A stretch of DNA of 64,000 nt, taken from NCBI GenBank assembly GCA_965644295.1, contig CBFFRP010000296.1, forward strand, positions 345,946-409,945, in the 5' to 3' direction. Both the position numbers and the translations under genes were made by a program. Below are positions 1 to 12,869 of the stretch, piece by piece (position 1 is the stretch's first letter; each line of letters begins with the position of its first letter). This DNA is from Paraphysomonas bandaiensis (lineage: Eukaryota > Protista > Chrysophyceae). Below the pieces are notes generated by a model. The model saw only the letters and a program-made list of their open reading frames with translations, had not been told where the DNA came from and did not search any database.

Positions 1-641
1 TATTATAAGTAAGTTCGATATCTGATATGATCTCATCAGTAAATCTGTTAACACAAAATATAAGGTCAAATCGATCAAACAAAGCACAATATGCTCTAAC
101 CGCTGAAACATGCCCTCAAAAAATTCTTTTTCGTTGGAGGGAAGAGAGGTGGGGTAGGGGAGCTCCAGGGCGAGAGGATCGGTAGCAGGTGTGCTGAGGA
201 TATGCTTCGTGTGCTCTTTCTCAGGAACCCCAATGGTGACGTTGCTCACATAGAGTGCACCACCGAAATATGATGCACCGATGACGAACAATGCCAAAAA
301 GTACTTATACTCGAAAGATAGTTTGTGGTATTTGTTCCAGAAATCGAGTTCAGTCTGCCCGGAGAGACTGTGCATCTGATAGGCGGCATAGCCACAGAGA
401 GGACCTAACACACACCACTGCATCAGCAGCTTCCCACGACCCTTCATAGAATTGGAGAGCATGATGATAAATGCACTTGTAGCCATTGCACCGAGGAACG
501 GTCCAATCATCGTATATATGACATCCCATCTGCACGACATACAATCCATTAGCCCCTTACGCAAACAAAAGAAGCAACACTGAAATAATAATCCTACCTG
601 GGGTCATCAGTCCCCATCAATAGTGAACTAAGAGAAGACAT
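1..641 (-). CDS. Membrane protein, truncated by window start; C-terminal part resembles the first helix of a farnesyl-diphosphate synthase (tentative)
   Basis: Manual splice 641-598, 529-101, 44-1 (GT-AG introns of 68 and 56 nt) gives an open frame MSSLSSLLMGTDDPRWDVIYTMIGPFLGAMATSAFIIML...YFLALFVIGASYFGGALYV...EKEFFEGMFQRFTDEIISDIELTYN with about 3 hydrophobic segments. Function is a recalled resemblance only. Confidence 0.55.
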
Positions 642-1013
642 GTCAAAATTTCCTACTGCGATCTCTTTGTGCAGATGAGGTTTGAGTGCATAGGAATATT
701 ATTATTGTAGGGGTCATGTAGGCTTGGTACAGTATGCTATGCTTTCAATGGACCAAATCGAACTATAGTATCATACGGTATACATACTGTATTTCTGATA
801 TCAATTTAATTTGTACATGCCGTTTATCCCAACAATCCAACTGCTGGCTCTGGTTGTGTGGTGCGAGTAGAGTACAGCCAGAGGAATATGGATATATGTG
901 TGCATCTATCATCTATGTGGAGCATGTACATGGCAGTCTCCTGTCCATATCAACTTCATTAATTAATTTTAAACCTGAAATTAAGGAGTTGTTGTTTACT
1001 CTGATATTCTAAA

Positions 1014-2318
1014 ATGGTAAAAATTGAACCCCCAAAGAGTCTGGCAGAGCTCTTCTCTGAATCCAGTAAGGCCAATTTCGCTCGAACTCATAAGCCTGAA
1101 GAATTTCAACCTAAAAAACGGCCTCAGGACGAAAAGGAAGAGCCCCCCAAAAGAGTGAAGAAACCTAAACATAAACATACCAAGAAAGAGCAAGATGAAG
1201 CTAGTGATGTCGCTCAAGATAGCACTCAAGCTGTGGACAATGACACATCTGATGAGGAGGCCAAAAAGCAGCGAACTGTCTTTGTTGGAAACATACCTAT
1301 ATCAGCAACATTAAAATCTGTACGTAAAATATTTAGTGAGTTTGGAGATATTGAATCTATAAGGATGCGATCGGTACCTATATCTGGAACTGCTGTCGAT
1401 GATCATGGCAATCAGAATCTTGTGAAGAAAGTATGTGTCAATACTGCTAAATTCGGTGACCAGAAGGGGTCATTCAACGCATATATTGTATATCGTAAAG
1501 CTGACTCAGTTTCGAATGCTTTGAGTGCAAATAATCGCGTGGTAGGAAATCGCCACCTTCGAGTTGATAGAGCAATTCCCACGATGTTTAATCCTAAGCT
1601 ATCTGTTTTCTTGGGTTCTCTGCCGTTCTACACTGATGAAGAAGAGCTGCGTAGTTTTTTTGCTGAGGTATTCATATTTTTTGTGGTGTTGCATATTTTT
1701 AATTCCTCTGTAGGCACTCCCAAATGGTCAGGAAGACATAGAGGGCATCCGTGTAGTGCGCGACCCCAATACACTTATCGGAAAAGGCATTGGATACCTG
1801 GCTCTTCGAAACCATGACGCAGTAATGAAAGCACTGTCTCTGGACGAGGTAAGAGTCTTACTTGTTGTGTATTCAGCCAATTGTATTACATTGGTAGACG
1901 AAGTTCAAGAAGAGAAAAATCCGAGTTACTACATGTGGTAAACGAACGAAACGGTCCGAGAAACAAAAGGCGGAAAGAGCTTCACAAACAACCACTTCTC
2001 AGAGCGATAGCAACAACTCAACGCAACCGGGATCAAGTTCCACGAATAGTGCTGGTGCAACCGGAGGAAGTAAAAAGAGGAAACGTGATTCTAAAGGTGA
2101 CGACAACCCTGCGGTCCGGAGAATGAAAATGAAGGTGATATCACTTTTTTAATATAATTCGGCGTGTTCATGATTCTTGTGAGCAGAAAGCCCTGTCTCA
2201 AATGGCTAAGAAAAAATCAACTCCGCATCAAAAGGTAAAAAGTAAGAAGAAGCTTGGTGGGGTGATCAAGACAGCTATGAAGGCAATGAAAATGACTAAG
2301 AAAATGAAATCGAAATAA
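1014..2318 (+). CDS. RBM34: Nucleolar RNA-binding protein with two RRMs, RBM34/Nop12-like (spliced)
   Basis: RTVFVGNIP (RNP2), FGDIESIRMRS, NAYIVY, HLRVDRA, second RRM SVFLGSLPF...GKGIGYL, Lys-rich termini; short GT-AG introns near 1668, 1848, 2134; stop TAA 2316-2318. Confidence 0.8.
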
Positions 2319-2718
2319 GGTTTATATTAGTTCCTTGTATAGTATTAACCTTTAGATAATTATAGTAAAACAATTGTTTCATGAGTATTTTTGGATTGAA
2401 TGTGGACACAACTCTTTGTGAACCCGTGCAACATAGCTAGTAGAACCGTAGGGCCTCTATTCATTACATTAGCACAGTGTGGGATGTTCGTTTTATCCGT
2501 ACTCCATACTGGAGGAAAAAGGAACTATCCGAAGTCGAAGTGGACACTCATCTAACCCAATCATTTCACCTCATACACATATACATATATATATATATAT
2601 ATATCATATGCAGGGCGACTGTATTAATGGTATATATATGAGCCATGAGGCTCTCTGTATTTAGCTTCTCTATTTGTTTGTATACCGGCATTGGTGTGGA
2701 CTGATATATTTCAACGAA

Positions 2719-5700
2719 ATGTCATCCTCTACCAAGGCCGGAAAGTTGAGAGGAAAGATCGGGACGTTTGCTCGTGAACGTGAAGAGTTTGAACAGAAAA
2801 AGAAGGAGCTTCAGGAGGAAATGATGAAAGAGAAACAAAACATGGGGAGAATAAGGAGAGGTATGTGAGGGAATGATATGAGAATGCAGGCTGATAGCGA
2901 AGACCCCTCTCCTGATGAGAATACAGTTCCTAAACTAAAGTCCAAGAAGTCTGTGCGGCATATGTATAAATCAGCTGAGCAATCGACACCTGATAACATC
3001 CCTAAAATGCCACCGATTCCCAGTTGTTCGAAAGTTAGCGACTGGGCCTATACCGGAAATATCTATTCTTCTCCCCCAGTGGTTAAAAGTCAAGAGCTAT
3101 ATGAAGATGTACGATTTCTGGGTAGAGGGTCATATGGAACTGTGGACTTAGTCAAGAGCAGAGAGGATAATAGATTGTGAGATTTATATGCCGTTTAGAG
3201 TGATGTGATATATTATATACTATGACGTCAGTTTATTACGTGCTGGGATAATAATGCGCGGTTTATAGATCGTTACATACATATATGCGGAAGTATATGA
3301 CTCTACATTTTCCGTTTAGGTGGCATTAGCTCTGTCTTATCTTCACTCTTTTGGTATCGCTCACCGTGATATTAAACCAGTAAATATTCTCTTGACTGAT
3401 TGCGGTAAGTTTCTCCATTGGTCGTCACTCTGTTGACTCGTTTATTTTCTCATGAGACAACGCTATATTATGCAGCTACAACGATGACTCTTTGATATAA
3501 CAGGGGAGGTGGCCCAGCTTGCAGATTTTGGTCTGGCAACAGAAGTATCAGATCCGGCCGCCTTGGAGACTGCAGAAGTAGGTACTCCATACTACACCTC
3601 CCCGGAGATGATAAATAAAAGTCCAAGTGTTCTCGCATCAGATAATTGGGCTTTAGGTGAGGGACAATATCTGTAGTTTCCAGCTGATATCTCTCTAATG
3701 TGTCTGTTGATTTGATACGATTTGTGGATATTTGATGTACTGAATGTACTGCTGCAGATGTAGTTATCATTCGTGATATAATATTAAATATGACTGTGCG
3801 TACAGGGGTGGTGCTGTTCGAGATGCTCGCGCTTCAACTTCCTTTTGACGGAGCTTCCACTGTGGATCTCGTCAGGAGTATTCTAAATGAGCCACCGCAC
3901 CGGCATCTCATCCCTCCGAAACATTACACGAACGACGTGATTCAACTGGTTGACGGTATAGTTCACGTAGCATATTTCTGTGGATAGGTGTGATGCTGGT
4001 TTGAACATACAATGAAGTGTATTATATTGCGTCCTAAAATTAGTGTGTTATTGATTTTTTTGATATCAACTATTTTTGAAATATTTAAATCGACTGCGTA
4101 GGTCTGCTTACGAAGAAAGCATATGCACGTATGACGGTGAATCAGTTCTTGCAACAACCAGTGATCTATCACAAGGTGTGTTCTTGTCACGGCATGCGTT
4201 CTGGTTTCATAAGTCGTTTCGCTTTGCCACTGTTTTCAGTCCATCTGTTGTTATGCCTACATATGATATGCCTACAGGTTACAATGTTACCCGCTTGCTA
4301 TCGACCCAAGTACTTAGAAGAGAGACTACGCCGCTATCACGTACGACAGATGATGATACAATGTGACAACCTCAGTACTGTCCCTGTATCGAATAAATTT
4401 CAAAGGGTACTCCCCGGACAGAAAAATGCGGACCGTGCGGTGCATCCGCCAGTAGAAAGCTCACCTACTGTAACTTCGACCCTAAGCCAATTCCATTTAG
4501 AGAGGAAGTAAACGTGAATTTATCACCTCTACTACTACGCAGGCCATAACTACTCCTCCTGATGCAAAAGACACTGATATCACAATAATGACAGTCTCAT
4601 CTAGCCTCCCCGCGCTAGATTTCTCAGGGTCCTGCACTTCAAGTGCTAACCCTGACTCAGCCGGACCCACTCTACTCCCGTCTAACGAGAATTCGCCTAA
4701 GGAGAACATATCCGCGAGTAATACGAGGAATCCATTCTCAGGCACGGCGACGGATGACGCGGACATGCTACACAAACATGCCATGGGGGCAATAGAGCAA
4801 CTTGCCGATTGGTACAACTGGCAAGACAGTCGTTCTTACCTCGGATAAAAATGAAACCGCAATAAACACTGGTATATCTGATCTTGACGGTTTTATTTTA
4901 TCGGGGAGTATGTCATATTTGGAGTCTAACAACCGATTTTTTCGTCCGAACAGTTCCGCATCGGAGATATCACCTCTCACAAATTCTGCATCCCTTAATT
5001 CGGCAAGCGGTGCTGCAGAGTCTGCATTGTCGGAGACATCACTTGTTTTACGAACCACCAGTGATGTAGCTGACCTCTGTAGTATTGTCGGATCGCTCCC
5101 TCCTCTCAAATTTATTACAGAACGCCCACCATCCGCTGACGGAATAGCCAAGAGCGCCAGGGAGATGAGGAAAAAATCAATTGAGAACCGGGTCAAGAGT
5201 TCAGAATCTTGCCGCGGGAGCAAATCGAGTCGAAGTAGTAGAGGTAGTCTTACGACGGTAGCAAATGATTTGGAGGTGCCGACTTTGACTCATATTCAAT
5301 TGGCAGTATCTGAAACTATTGATCAACTGACTATAGAGAACTTCGTCAATGGCAAGTTCATGGGTGGTGAACCAGAGAAGAATGCTGTGCGAACCGCGCT
5401 GAATGAGCCCCATGACGAAAAAGATTACAAAGTCGTGTGTGCTGGGGATGTATCTCGAATTTATTCAACCGAGAATTCGATGGTGAAACTATCACCATCT
5501 GAACAAGAGTGTAATTTGATATGTGAAGTTGATGCTAGCTCGCCTTTTGTGGAAGATATGCCTTCTAAACACAGCGCAGATGTCAGACATAACACCAGTG
5601 CTTCTGGCAACGACGTTGATATCGAGCAAGATATGAATGTGGAACGCGCTTTGATACCTGAACTATCAACTGAGGAACTCACTAACAATAATACCAATCG

Positions 5701-5809
5701 AATCACACAATCTTCGCTATTGGAAACTGTACGGAGCCATGGGCCTCCTGTTATTATTTCGTCGCTGAACTTATCAAGTGACGGGGCAGTCGTGGTCGAA
5801 AACGGTTAA
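2719..5809 (+). CDS. NEK/NIMA-like Ser/Thr kinase with long low-complexity tail; subdomains II-V not found (possible pseudogene or assembly lesion)
   Basis: Exons encode [12 protein letters not shown] (Gly loop), [57 protein letters not shown]; Ser-rich tail ORF 4802-5809. Tail splicing uncertain. Confidence 0.7.
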
Positions 5810-7125
5810 GTCTAGCTTATGGTTTAAGTTTAGATGGTTGTGTGTCTGTCCGTGTGCATGAAATATCTATTCCACTTCGTTATTTGAAGATATAAAAGGA
5901 ATAGATTTTATATAACGAGGGTGTAATATTTCCTCTGTATTTTTGTAGAACTAAGTAAATTATTAATATAGTATTTTGACAAGAGTGACATTCGCGTCAT
6001 TTTGTGTTTGTGTATGTATGGGAATATGTTTCCAACTTAGTATCGCCAAAAACACATTCGAATTATATTTCGATTAATGCTCGGTTTGAACAGAAGTTAT
6101 CTTCTATCTTAAATATGATAATACACGATTTTAGGGAAACTACAATGATGAACTGCACATGTTTACACTGAAGGACTACACGTCCGTGCAGCTCTCACAC
6201 TTACTTCAGGAAGCGTGTCTGGCTTTTACACACCTACTGCTAATAATCATACATTCACTGCTAGTTGATCTAGTACAATTGCCGTTCCCGAAGCTTTTAC
6301 ATTTATACATACCATTGATTTGAAACAATACTTTGATTTGTTTGTTTGTTTTCTTATTAATGCCAATCACCTATTTCCCTTATGAGAAAGCAAGCTACAA
6401 AGAGCTATACATTTATATATATATTAGACTTATAGCATCATGAGGATAAAAACTACAATTTAATCTAGGGTAAAGAACCCTATATACCATCTCTTGTCCA
6501 AATTTTAAAACTCGAGGTTTTCGCCCTCGTTTCATATATAGCCTCCTTATTACCCGTGGTTATTAGAATATGGATCTTATTCTAGTACATTCAGTATGTC
6601 ACTTGAAGACAATGTGCGAGAACACAGTGAGATATAGTGACGTACAAATGCTGTGATGATATTGAGAAACTTAAATAGTTTGATCTTACAAGATGTGTTT
6701 AGTAACGAGAGGTTCACACATGTAGGAGAGTATGCGCGGAACAAAATGAGTTTGTGTTGCTTATCACAACTACGTATATCTATCTATTCTAACGACAAAT
6801 TCTCTCTGAGATCTAGTTTAGAATGAGCAATTTCCAACAGTGGTTATATCTAACTATATCGGCATCCCGTTTATTAATTTTCATATATATAAATGGAGAA
6901 GATCAGAATTATATAAAATGCACTAAAATTGAAATCTCAAGTCGCTATATCGCAATGTCACTATACCCCAGGGCAATACCCTGACATCATGTATCAGTAT
7001 TTTGAGTAGAAAAGTATTGTTATAAGAACTAGAAGTACCATTCCTTAAAGCTGGCATATAATAGCAACCACTTCATACACATTGTTCAATGCTAATCTTT
7101 TCTTTTTATTGCAATGAATATGAAA

Positions 7126-8049
7126 TTACATGTCGTCATTGACATCATCACAGTTCATTCCAAAGTCCCCTCGATGGGTTTCATTGGTGGTTCTGCCTCG
7201 CGGCACCCATGAATAGAGCAAATTTCTTATATTTTTGTTTGTGCGTACAAATGCAACTACATTCATCAGACCCAAAAGGGTGGGGGATATATCAGATAGT
7301 GCATCAAGTGCAGCGTATCCGGCGAAATTCCGTACACCGAGTCCGACCAATATGTCAAACACTGTCGGTATGGACCAACAAATAAGCACATTGATTGGAT
7401 ACCACACAAATTTCTGCAAACTACGCACTACCTGCGCTCGAAAGTCTGTTGTAAGGGTAGTGCGCACTTCTGTGTGAGTTGTGTATATTCGCCTAACTTC
7501 CACCACAAGAGCAACTAAAAGCGTAAAATATATCAACATCGAAGACCACATCCAGAAATAAAAAGAAACTATCACCCAGAACGTAATCGTCCATTCTGGA
7601 GAGTCAGATCGCTCAGCAATGAAGCACCACCCGTTCTCATGCCTTCCATTTGTACCATATGTATTCGTAGTCAGCGGCAAGATTGTTAGTATGGCCGGAA
7701 CAGTCCAGCAGAAGCAATAAATCTTCCAGGAAAATATATCTACAACTTTTCGCCGGTATATATTAAGACATAACATGTACGATATAAGCGTTGTCCAAAA
7801 TACACCGGCTACAGGAAATAAGTTCGTCAAGATGCCTTGGATCCAACACGCAGCACTTCCCTCTGACGGGTGTCCCAACAGCATGCCGACAGATGAGAAT
7901 AAATCAGATACACATATAAAAAATATGAGTCGGTTGAATACAGTCTTTCTGACGGTTTCATGTTGAGCGAATAAGATAATTATACGTAAACACGCGACAC
8001 ATGACAGAGATGCAAACACACGCATCACGAGCACTGTAGTGGCTGCCAT
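7126..8049 (-). CDS. 7-TM GPCR, cAMP-receptor (CAR/GCR1)-like family
   Basis: Intronless 307-aa ORF with seven hydrophobic segments and motifs NRLIFFICVSD, CWIQG, FWTTLIS, GWCFI, WYPINVLICW. Confidence 0.8.
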   Translation of the reverse strand: MAATTVLVMRVFASLSCVACLRIIILFAQHETVRKTVFNRLIFFICVSDLFSSVGMLLGHPSEGSAACWIQGILTNLFPVAGVFWTTLISYMLCLNIYRRKVVDIFSWKIYCFCWTVPAILTILPLTTNTYGTNGRHENGWCFIAERSDSPEWTITFWVIVSFYFWMWSSMLIYFTLLVALVVEVRRIYTTHTEVRTTLTTDFRAQVVRSLQKFVWYPINVLICWSIPTVFDILVGLGVRNFAGYAALDALSDISPTLLGLMNVVAFVRTNKNIRNLLYSWVPRGRTTNETHRGDFGMNCDDVNDDM

Positions 8050-8564
8050 TGCTGTGGATGTATTGAGTTACCCACTCCGCACTGGTCAATACCCCTTTAA
8101 CAATACAAACTCTATATACTCTAATGGCAGTGTCTGATAGTGTTCTGAGAGGTATGAGTGTGAGGGGCTGGAGCTGAGCTGACATGAAGATGAACATGTG
8201 CACGTGAAGATGATGATGTGCTCCGAGCTCTTCGGACTACACACCACACACCCGATAAGATATCCAATCAACACTATAAATATCGTGGTTCTATGATATA
8301 ATTGGTTAAGCACTCTATATACAAAAGTACGTATTGGTGGTCCCGTCCTACGTGTGTATTCCCGAGTATACCACTTGTAGTGCTCAGTCCGTTAACGTTA
8401 CGGCACATATGATCCATACAGCATACAGAGTACTCCACATGACCCACGTACATAGACTTGCCTCCAATATAGCCAGCGATCCCGCATCTTCATGAACAAA
8501 CTCCTGTAAGCGATCTCCAACACCTTCAACTCATATTTTGGAGCTAGCAAGTAAAGAAGGATTG

Positions 8565-9416
8565 ATGGATGATGAGGAAATTAAACTCAAAATTCAAGCG
8601 ATACGTGACTCTGCGGAGCTGCCATCGCCCCCACCCAGCCCACGCCTGCCTGATCTCCATGCTGACCACACAGTTCGACAAAAAGTTTTTATTATACAGA
8701 GATTTATTGCATGTTTTCAATACAATTACACCGGACGACCTTTTGTCAAGATGCAAAAGAATAGAGGGATGAAACATATATCAAGTTGCGCTAAACAGAT
8801 CATTCATGCTGCTCTTCCCATACAGTGTGTGGAAGCAGTATTTCTTGGCTGTTTATTGACTGCTGGTATGACTCCTCTTGACCGCGTTCCACTTAGTTTC
8901 AAGAGCAAATTCGGATCGAACACCCACCGGCATATTGTGTTGGCAGTCCGATTTGATGGAAAGTGGGGTGCCATAGGAATCTCACGAAGAGCTAACCTAA
9001 TGAACAAAGATATTCGTTTTGATTCTCTTCCTGACATGGTGGAGGACTACAAGCGATGTTATGAGAAGTGTCGTCACCGACTGGTATCAGTGTACGTGGG
9101 TTTGCCTTTCTCCCACGATGTGTTTTCTGACATGCCCGTAAAATGGAAGGTACTAAAGGTAAATGTGAGCGACATTGAGCGTATGGAGTATGTGGAGCAA
9201 TTGAATCACTTCACAACAACAATGGGGAAAATGTTTGAGTATTTCCGACGAGAAGGTACTCTCCCAAGCAATAACTCTCGACGTGAGCAGGTGCCTGTAT
9301 TTCGCCGTTCGAGCACGAAAAAAACATCCAAAAAGAGAGACAGAACTAATAGTAAGAAAACTTTATTAGATGGTGATGCAAACGATGAAGGAAGTTTATT
9401 AGAGAGCAACCCGTAG
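8565..9416 (+). CDS. VASH: Vasohibin-family tubulin tyrosine carboxypeptidase
   Basis: FQYNYTG, LPIQCVEAVFLG (catalytic Cys), RVPLSFKS, HRHIVLAV (His), GKWGAIGISRR (Ser). First in-frame ATG 8565; an upstream exon is possible. Confidence 0.9.
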   Translation: MDDEEIKLKIQAIRDSAELPSPPPSPRLPDLHADHTVRQKVFIIQRFIACFQYNYTGRPFVKMQKNRGMKHISSCAKQIIHAALPIQCVEAVFLGCLLTAGMTPLDRVPLSFKSKFGSNTHRHIVLAVRFDGKWGAIGISRRANLMNKDIRFDSLPDMVEDYKRCYEKCRHRLVSVYVGLPFSHDVFSDMPVKWKVLKVNVSDIERMEYVEQLNHFTTTMGKMFEYFRREGTLPSNNSRREQVPVFRRSSTKKTSKKRDRTNSKKTLLDGDANDEGSLLESNP

Positions 9417-10084
9417 AATCGAATACGTATTCTGTGTTTGTCTCTTGTAAAAATGTTTTCGTGTTGCCTTTACGTACGTGGTTGATAGTACGACTACATG
9501 CACGATATGTGTGGAATGTGTTCATTACAATCAATTGCGGGGCACATTGTAGAGTGGTTAGATTAGATATTGTACTGTTATATGTTCGCATACATATTCA
9601 TTGTAAATAAATAAATATCTCTTCTCCTCCTCTAAGTTTATATATAGCGGTTCACTGGCACGAATCTGATGTCGAAGCATTCAGTAGTAGTGCCATATTA
9701 TTAGAACTGCGTAGTCCTTTAGTCATATTCAAGTTGATCACTGTTCATTGTAAACGTATCAACACTGTATAGAGTATAGATAATACTTGTCTTCTATATT
9801 GATGCACGCGTCAAAGGAAGCTGTTTAAATTTTAGTTAAGGTTAGAATGACTTTGAGATTATCAGCATAAGAACATATTAATGAATATCAGTTTCACTAC
9901 TATTGTTCTTATGATATCTTTAGTTTATGTAGTACTGTTAGTCACTGCTATATTATTCTAGTAACGGTCATAATTCACATTCTTATGAATACAGCTTTAA
10001 TTTCTGTGGCAGCAGCGGAATGTGACAATGAGATTGCAGCAACCATCAACACCAATACTTTCTCGACAAAACATATATATCGAC

Positions 10085-10112
10085 AAAAAGTCGGACTCGC
10101 ACCTTTTCGTGG
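10085..10112 (+). repeat. Dispersed 28-bp repeat, copy 1
   Basis: AAAAAGTCGGACTCGCACCTTTTCGTGG, identical at 17847-17874. Confidence 0.8.
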
Positions 10113-10418
10113 TGTTCTGGGGGAATAATTACCGGAGATACTTCTCCAGGTAACTAACGTGAACAATTCATTATAGTTCTACCCATTCAATGCCAAACGC
10201 TTGTGTGGTACAACGGACACAAATATAAAAGGGACAGGCGCAATCTTAAAGGCAGCTTTTAATCGCTTAATCAACAGTGGCGATTATCGGTCAGTGCTGG
10301 GCCATATTAGGTACGATTAGGTAGAGTACAAACTCAAAACAATCATAAGTTACCCAACCTTTGCAGATGTAGTCAACACGCCAATGTTTATTAACTGCAA
10401 TATATATACAACATCGAG

Positions 10419-12397
10419 CTACACTTTCGGAGTAATATCAATTCCTCTATCACGAGCGGTACTACTCTTCACACAGTTTACGATAAGACTTTTCCACTCG
10501 GCTTCAGGTATAATAATGTCCTAAGTGGGAATAAGTAATATAGGCACATTTCCAGAAATACTTTTACCTGGTTGATCCAGAACATCAGAGTTTCACGGCC
10601 ATCCGCCTTCTTCTGTCCCTCAGCCAATATCGCTTCCTTTCCTTTCCTATGGTATGTACGTATGGAATGATGGCAACCAGGACAAAGAAACAGCGTTCAA
10701 CCTTTTCAGTTTCTCCTTGTTGGCTTGCTCGTATAGGTCCCAGTGAAAGACAACATCATCTCTATAAAGTATATTTAAAAAGTTTTTACTTGTTCTATAT
10801 ATCACATTCCTGACCTATTTTTAACCTGCCACTCCTTGTAGACGACATTGGCGTTCAAAGTGGAGTCTTTAAATGTCGCTCTATGCTCATTTTTGTATGG
10901 CAATATCTGCAATAAGACAGATCTAGGGTGAAGAAATATGACATTGTCGAGCCCAGATCCATGCATTCCAATCAGCACATCCAACGATCGGAACTCTCGA
11001 ACCTGCTCGTATATAGTCATCTCCTCAAGAGGGAGCAGTACACATTCATAGCCCATTTCGGCCACAATGTCAGCAAGGTCGTACTCATTTAGGATAAATC
11101 TTTTCTTGCGCCGTGAGATTAGGCCGACCTTTACCCGATCTGCTGGGGGGGTCACGTGGTCCAGGTCAAGATACGAGACTATACTTCTAACAGTCCTTCC
11201 AGGGTCAGTTCGACTTTGACTGGCACGCAATTCTGACATGGAACAGAAACATGCCCCAGCGGGTACTTGTTGATTCGATCTCCTCCAACAGTAGTCGGTG
11301 ATTGTACCAAAAAAAGGAAACAGCATAGGGTCCCCAAGATTTCCAATAAGATAGTGTATATGTCTGGCCGATTCCTCGCCGACGTTGGAGATTACTCGCT
11401 CACGAGCGCCGAGAATGCTGGACCAAGACGCCATCCTGTTCGTGAACACAGCAGTAAGTACCGGTCTATACAAACTACTAGAAAACGACATAGGCGTACC
11501 AATGATAAAACATGGCTTGTGACTCACTGTCAATGTCCACGAGAACTGATGGTTGATTTACCCACACCTTACACATACCCGGCCTGTTCTCTCTCGAAAG
11601 ACGTCCTTGTGGGTTTACTGTTACGGGGTTAGGGCAACGAGCTCCCTGCTGTTGCGAGGAGGACACAGATGAAGATCCAAAGTCTACACAAATCAATCGC
11701 TTATTGTCCCACACACATAACTCATTGCTAACACAGGCCTCGTAACCGTGTATCATACAGCTGTCTCCAAGAATGTTGCTGCCACAGAACTACTATTAGC
11801 AACGCAAACCACACGGGGAACTGGGTCAGCAATATACAGAGCCAGCATATATTACTCAAAGGCAAGAAAGCAAACTTACCATCCGCTGTAGTTCATCAAT
11901 GGACCATGGTTCTTGCCAAACCGCTTCCCTATACCACTCTCGTGATATCTCGTCAAGTAATCCGTCAGCTGCTCCTCTTTGGACACCAATAATCTTAAGT
12001 TCCCTTGGTTTGCGCCGAATCTCTGCCAAGAACTAAAGTGTTTTGGAATAATATGATGCCAATCAATTTTGGCTTGCCGCCAAGCCTGGACAATGGGCGG
12101 AAGTTCCAAAAAGTCTCTAAATAACTGTGTGTACGAGCTCTCTGCGCTCTGCTTTTCATATGCATTCGACACGATAACCTCCTTGATTTGATGCGCCTCT
12201 ACACTAATATTATTATTCATAGAAGAAGGATCTTTCCGATCCCCTCTGAGGAGAGTGTCGGTGGACACCTGTGTGAGAGATCCGCTGTTGATGTCGTGCA
12301 TACCACTGGCGACTATTATCTGAAATAACAGACCTAACACAAAGAAGACAACAGCTGCGGATAGGAGGATAATGTAGAAGCAACGTCCTTTCCTCAT
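10419..12397 (-). CDS. Glycosyltransferase family 61 (EOGT/xylosyltransferase-like), type II membrane protein (spliced)
   Basis: N-terminal TM anchor; MFYHW; VGLISRRKKRFILNE; PLEEMTIYEQV; LIGMHGSGLDNVIFL; terminal FWINQDIIIP exons; stop at 10419-10421. Confidence 0.85.
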
Positions 12398-12562
12398 GGT
12401 CCTTCTAGTGTAGGGAGATGAGGGCTAGGGATGCATATCGGTGCAACTTAAAGTGCCCAACAGATCCACAGCGCAGTCAGAGCAGCTGAGCAAGTGGTCA
12501 ACAGCGGTATTCTATGTATACACACTGTATTCATATACCGCTCCATACGCTCAAACTATTCT

Positions 12563-12580
12563 CTGTATACCGGTATACAG
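12563..12580. promoter_or_regulatory. 18-bp perfect palindrome CTGTATACCGGTATACAG in a divergent intergenic spacer (candidate promoter element)
   Basis: Two inverted CGGTATAC copies; the same 8-mer recurs upstream of other genes. Regulatory role is inferred. Confidence 0.45.
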
Positions 12581-12869
12581 TGTATTCTACGATTCCAAAA
12601 AAATTCCGTTTCAACCAACCGCTCTGCAGGTAGATATACGCATTTCTCCAGGCACACACACACCCACCTGAGGAGTGATGTACAGCAGCAGTATGTACTT
12701 GTATATGTATGTATGTCTATGTATATGCATGTATTCCTCAACTGAAACAGCCTCTGCTCTCAACACTCGAACTATTAATGCAAGCTGACTCTAACCACAG
12801 CAGCTAGAACACCGATATTCGTTACAGCACCTGCTACAGACACAACATGTTGCTCTTTTAACCGTGATA

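Noticed and set aside
4450-4900. Successive frame changes in the kinase tail suggesting programmed frameshifting
   Set aside because: The first shift is explained by a short GT-AG intron ending at 4500; the second is unresolved but no slippery site is evident.
6969-6983. CAGGG...CCCTG mini inverted repeat resembling hAT ends
   Set aside because: Only 15 bp with no 8-bp TSD; compatible with chance.
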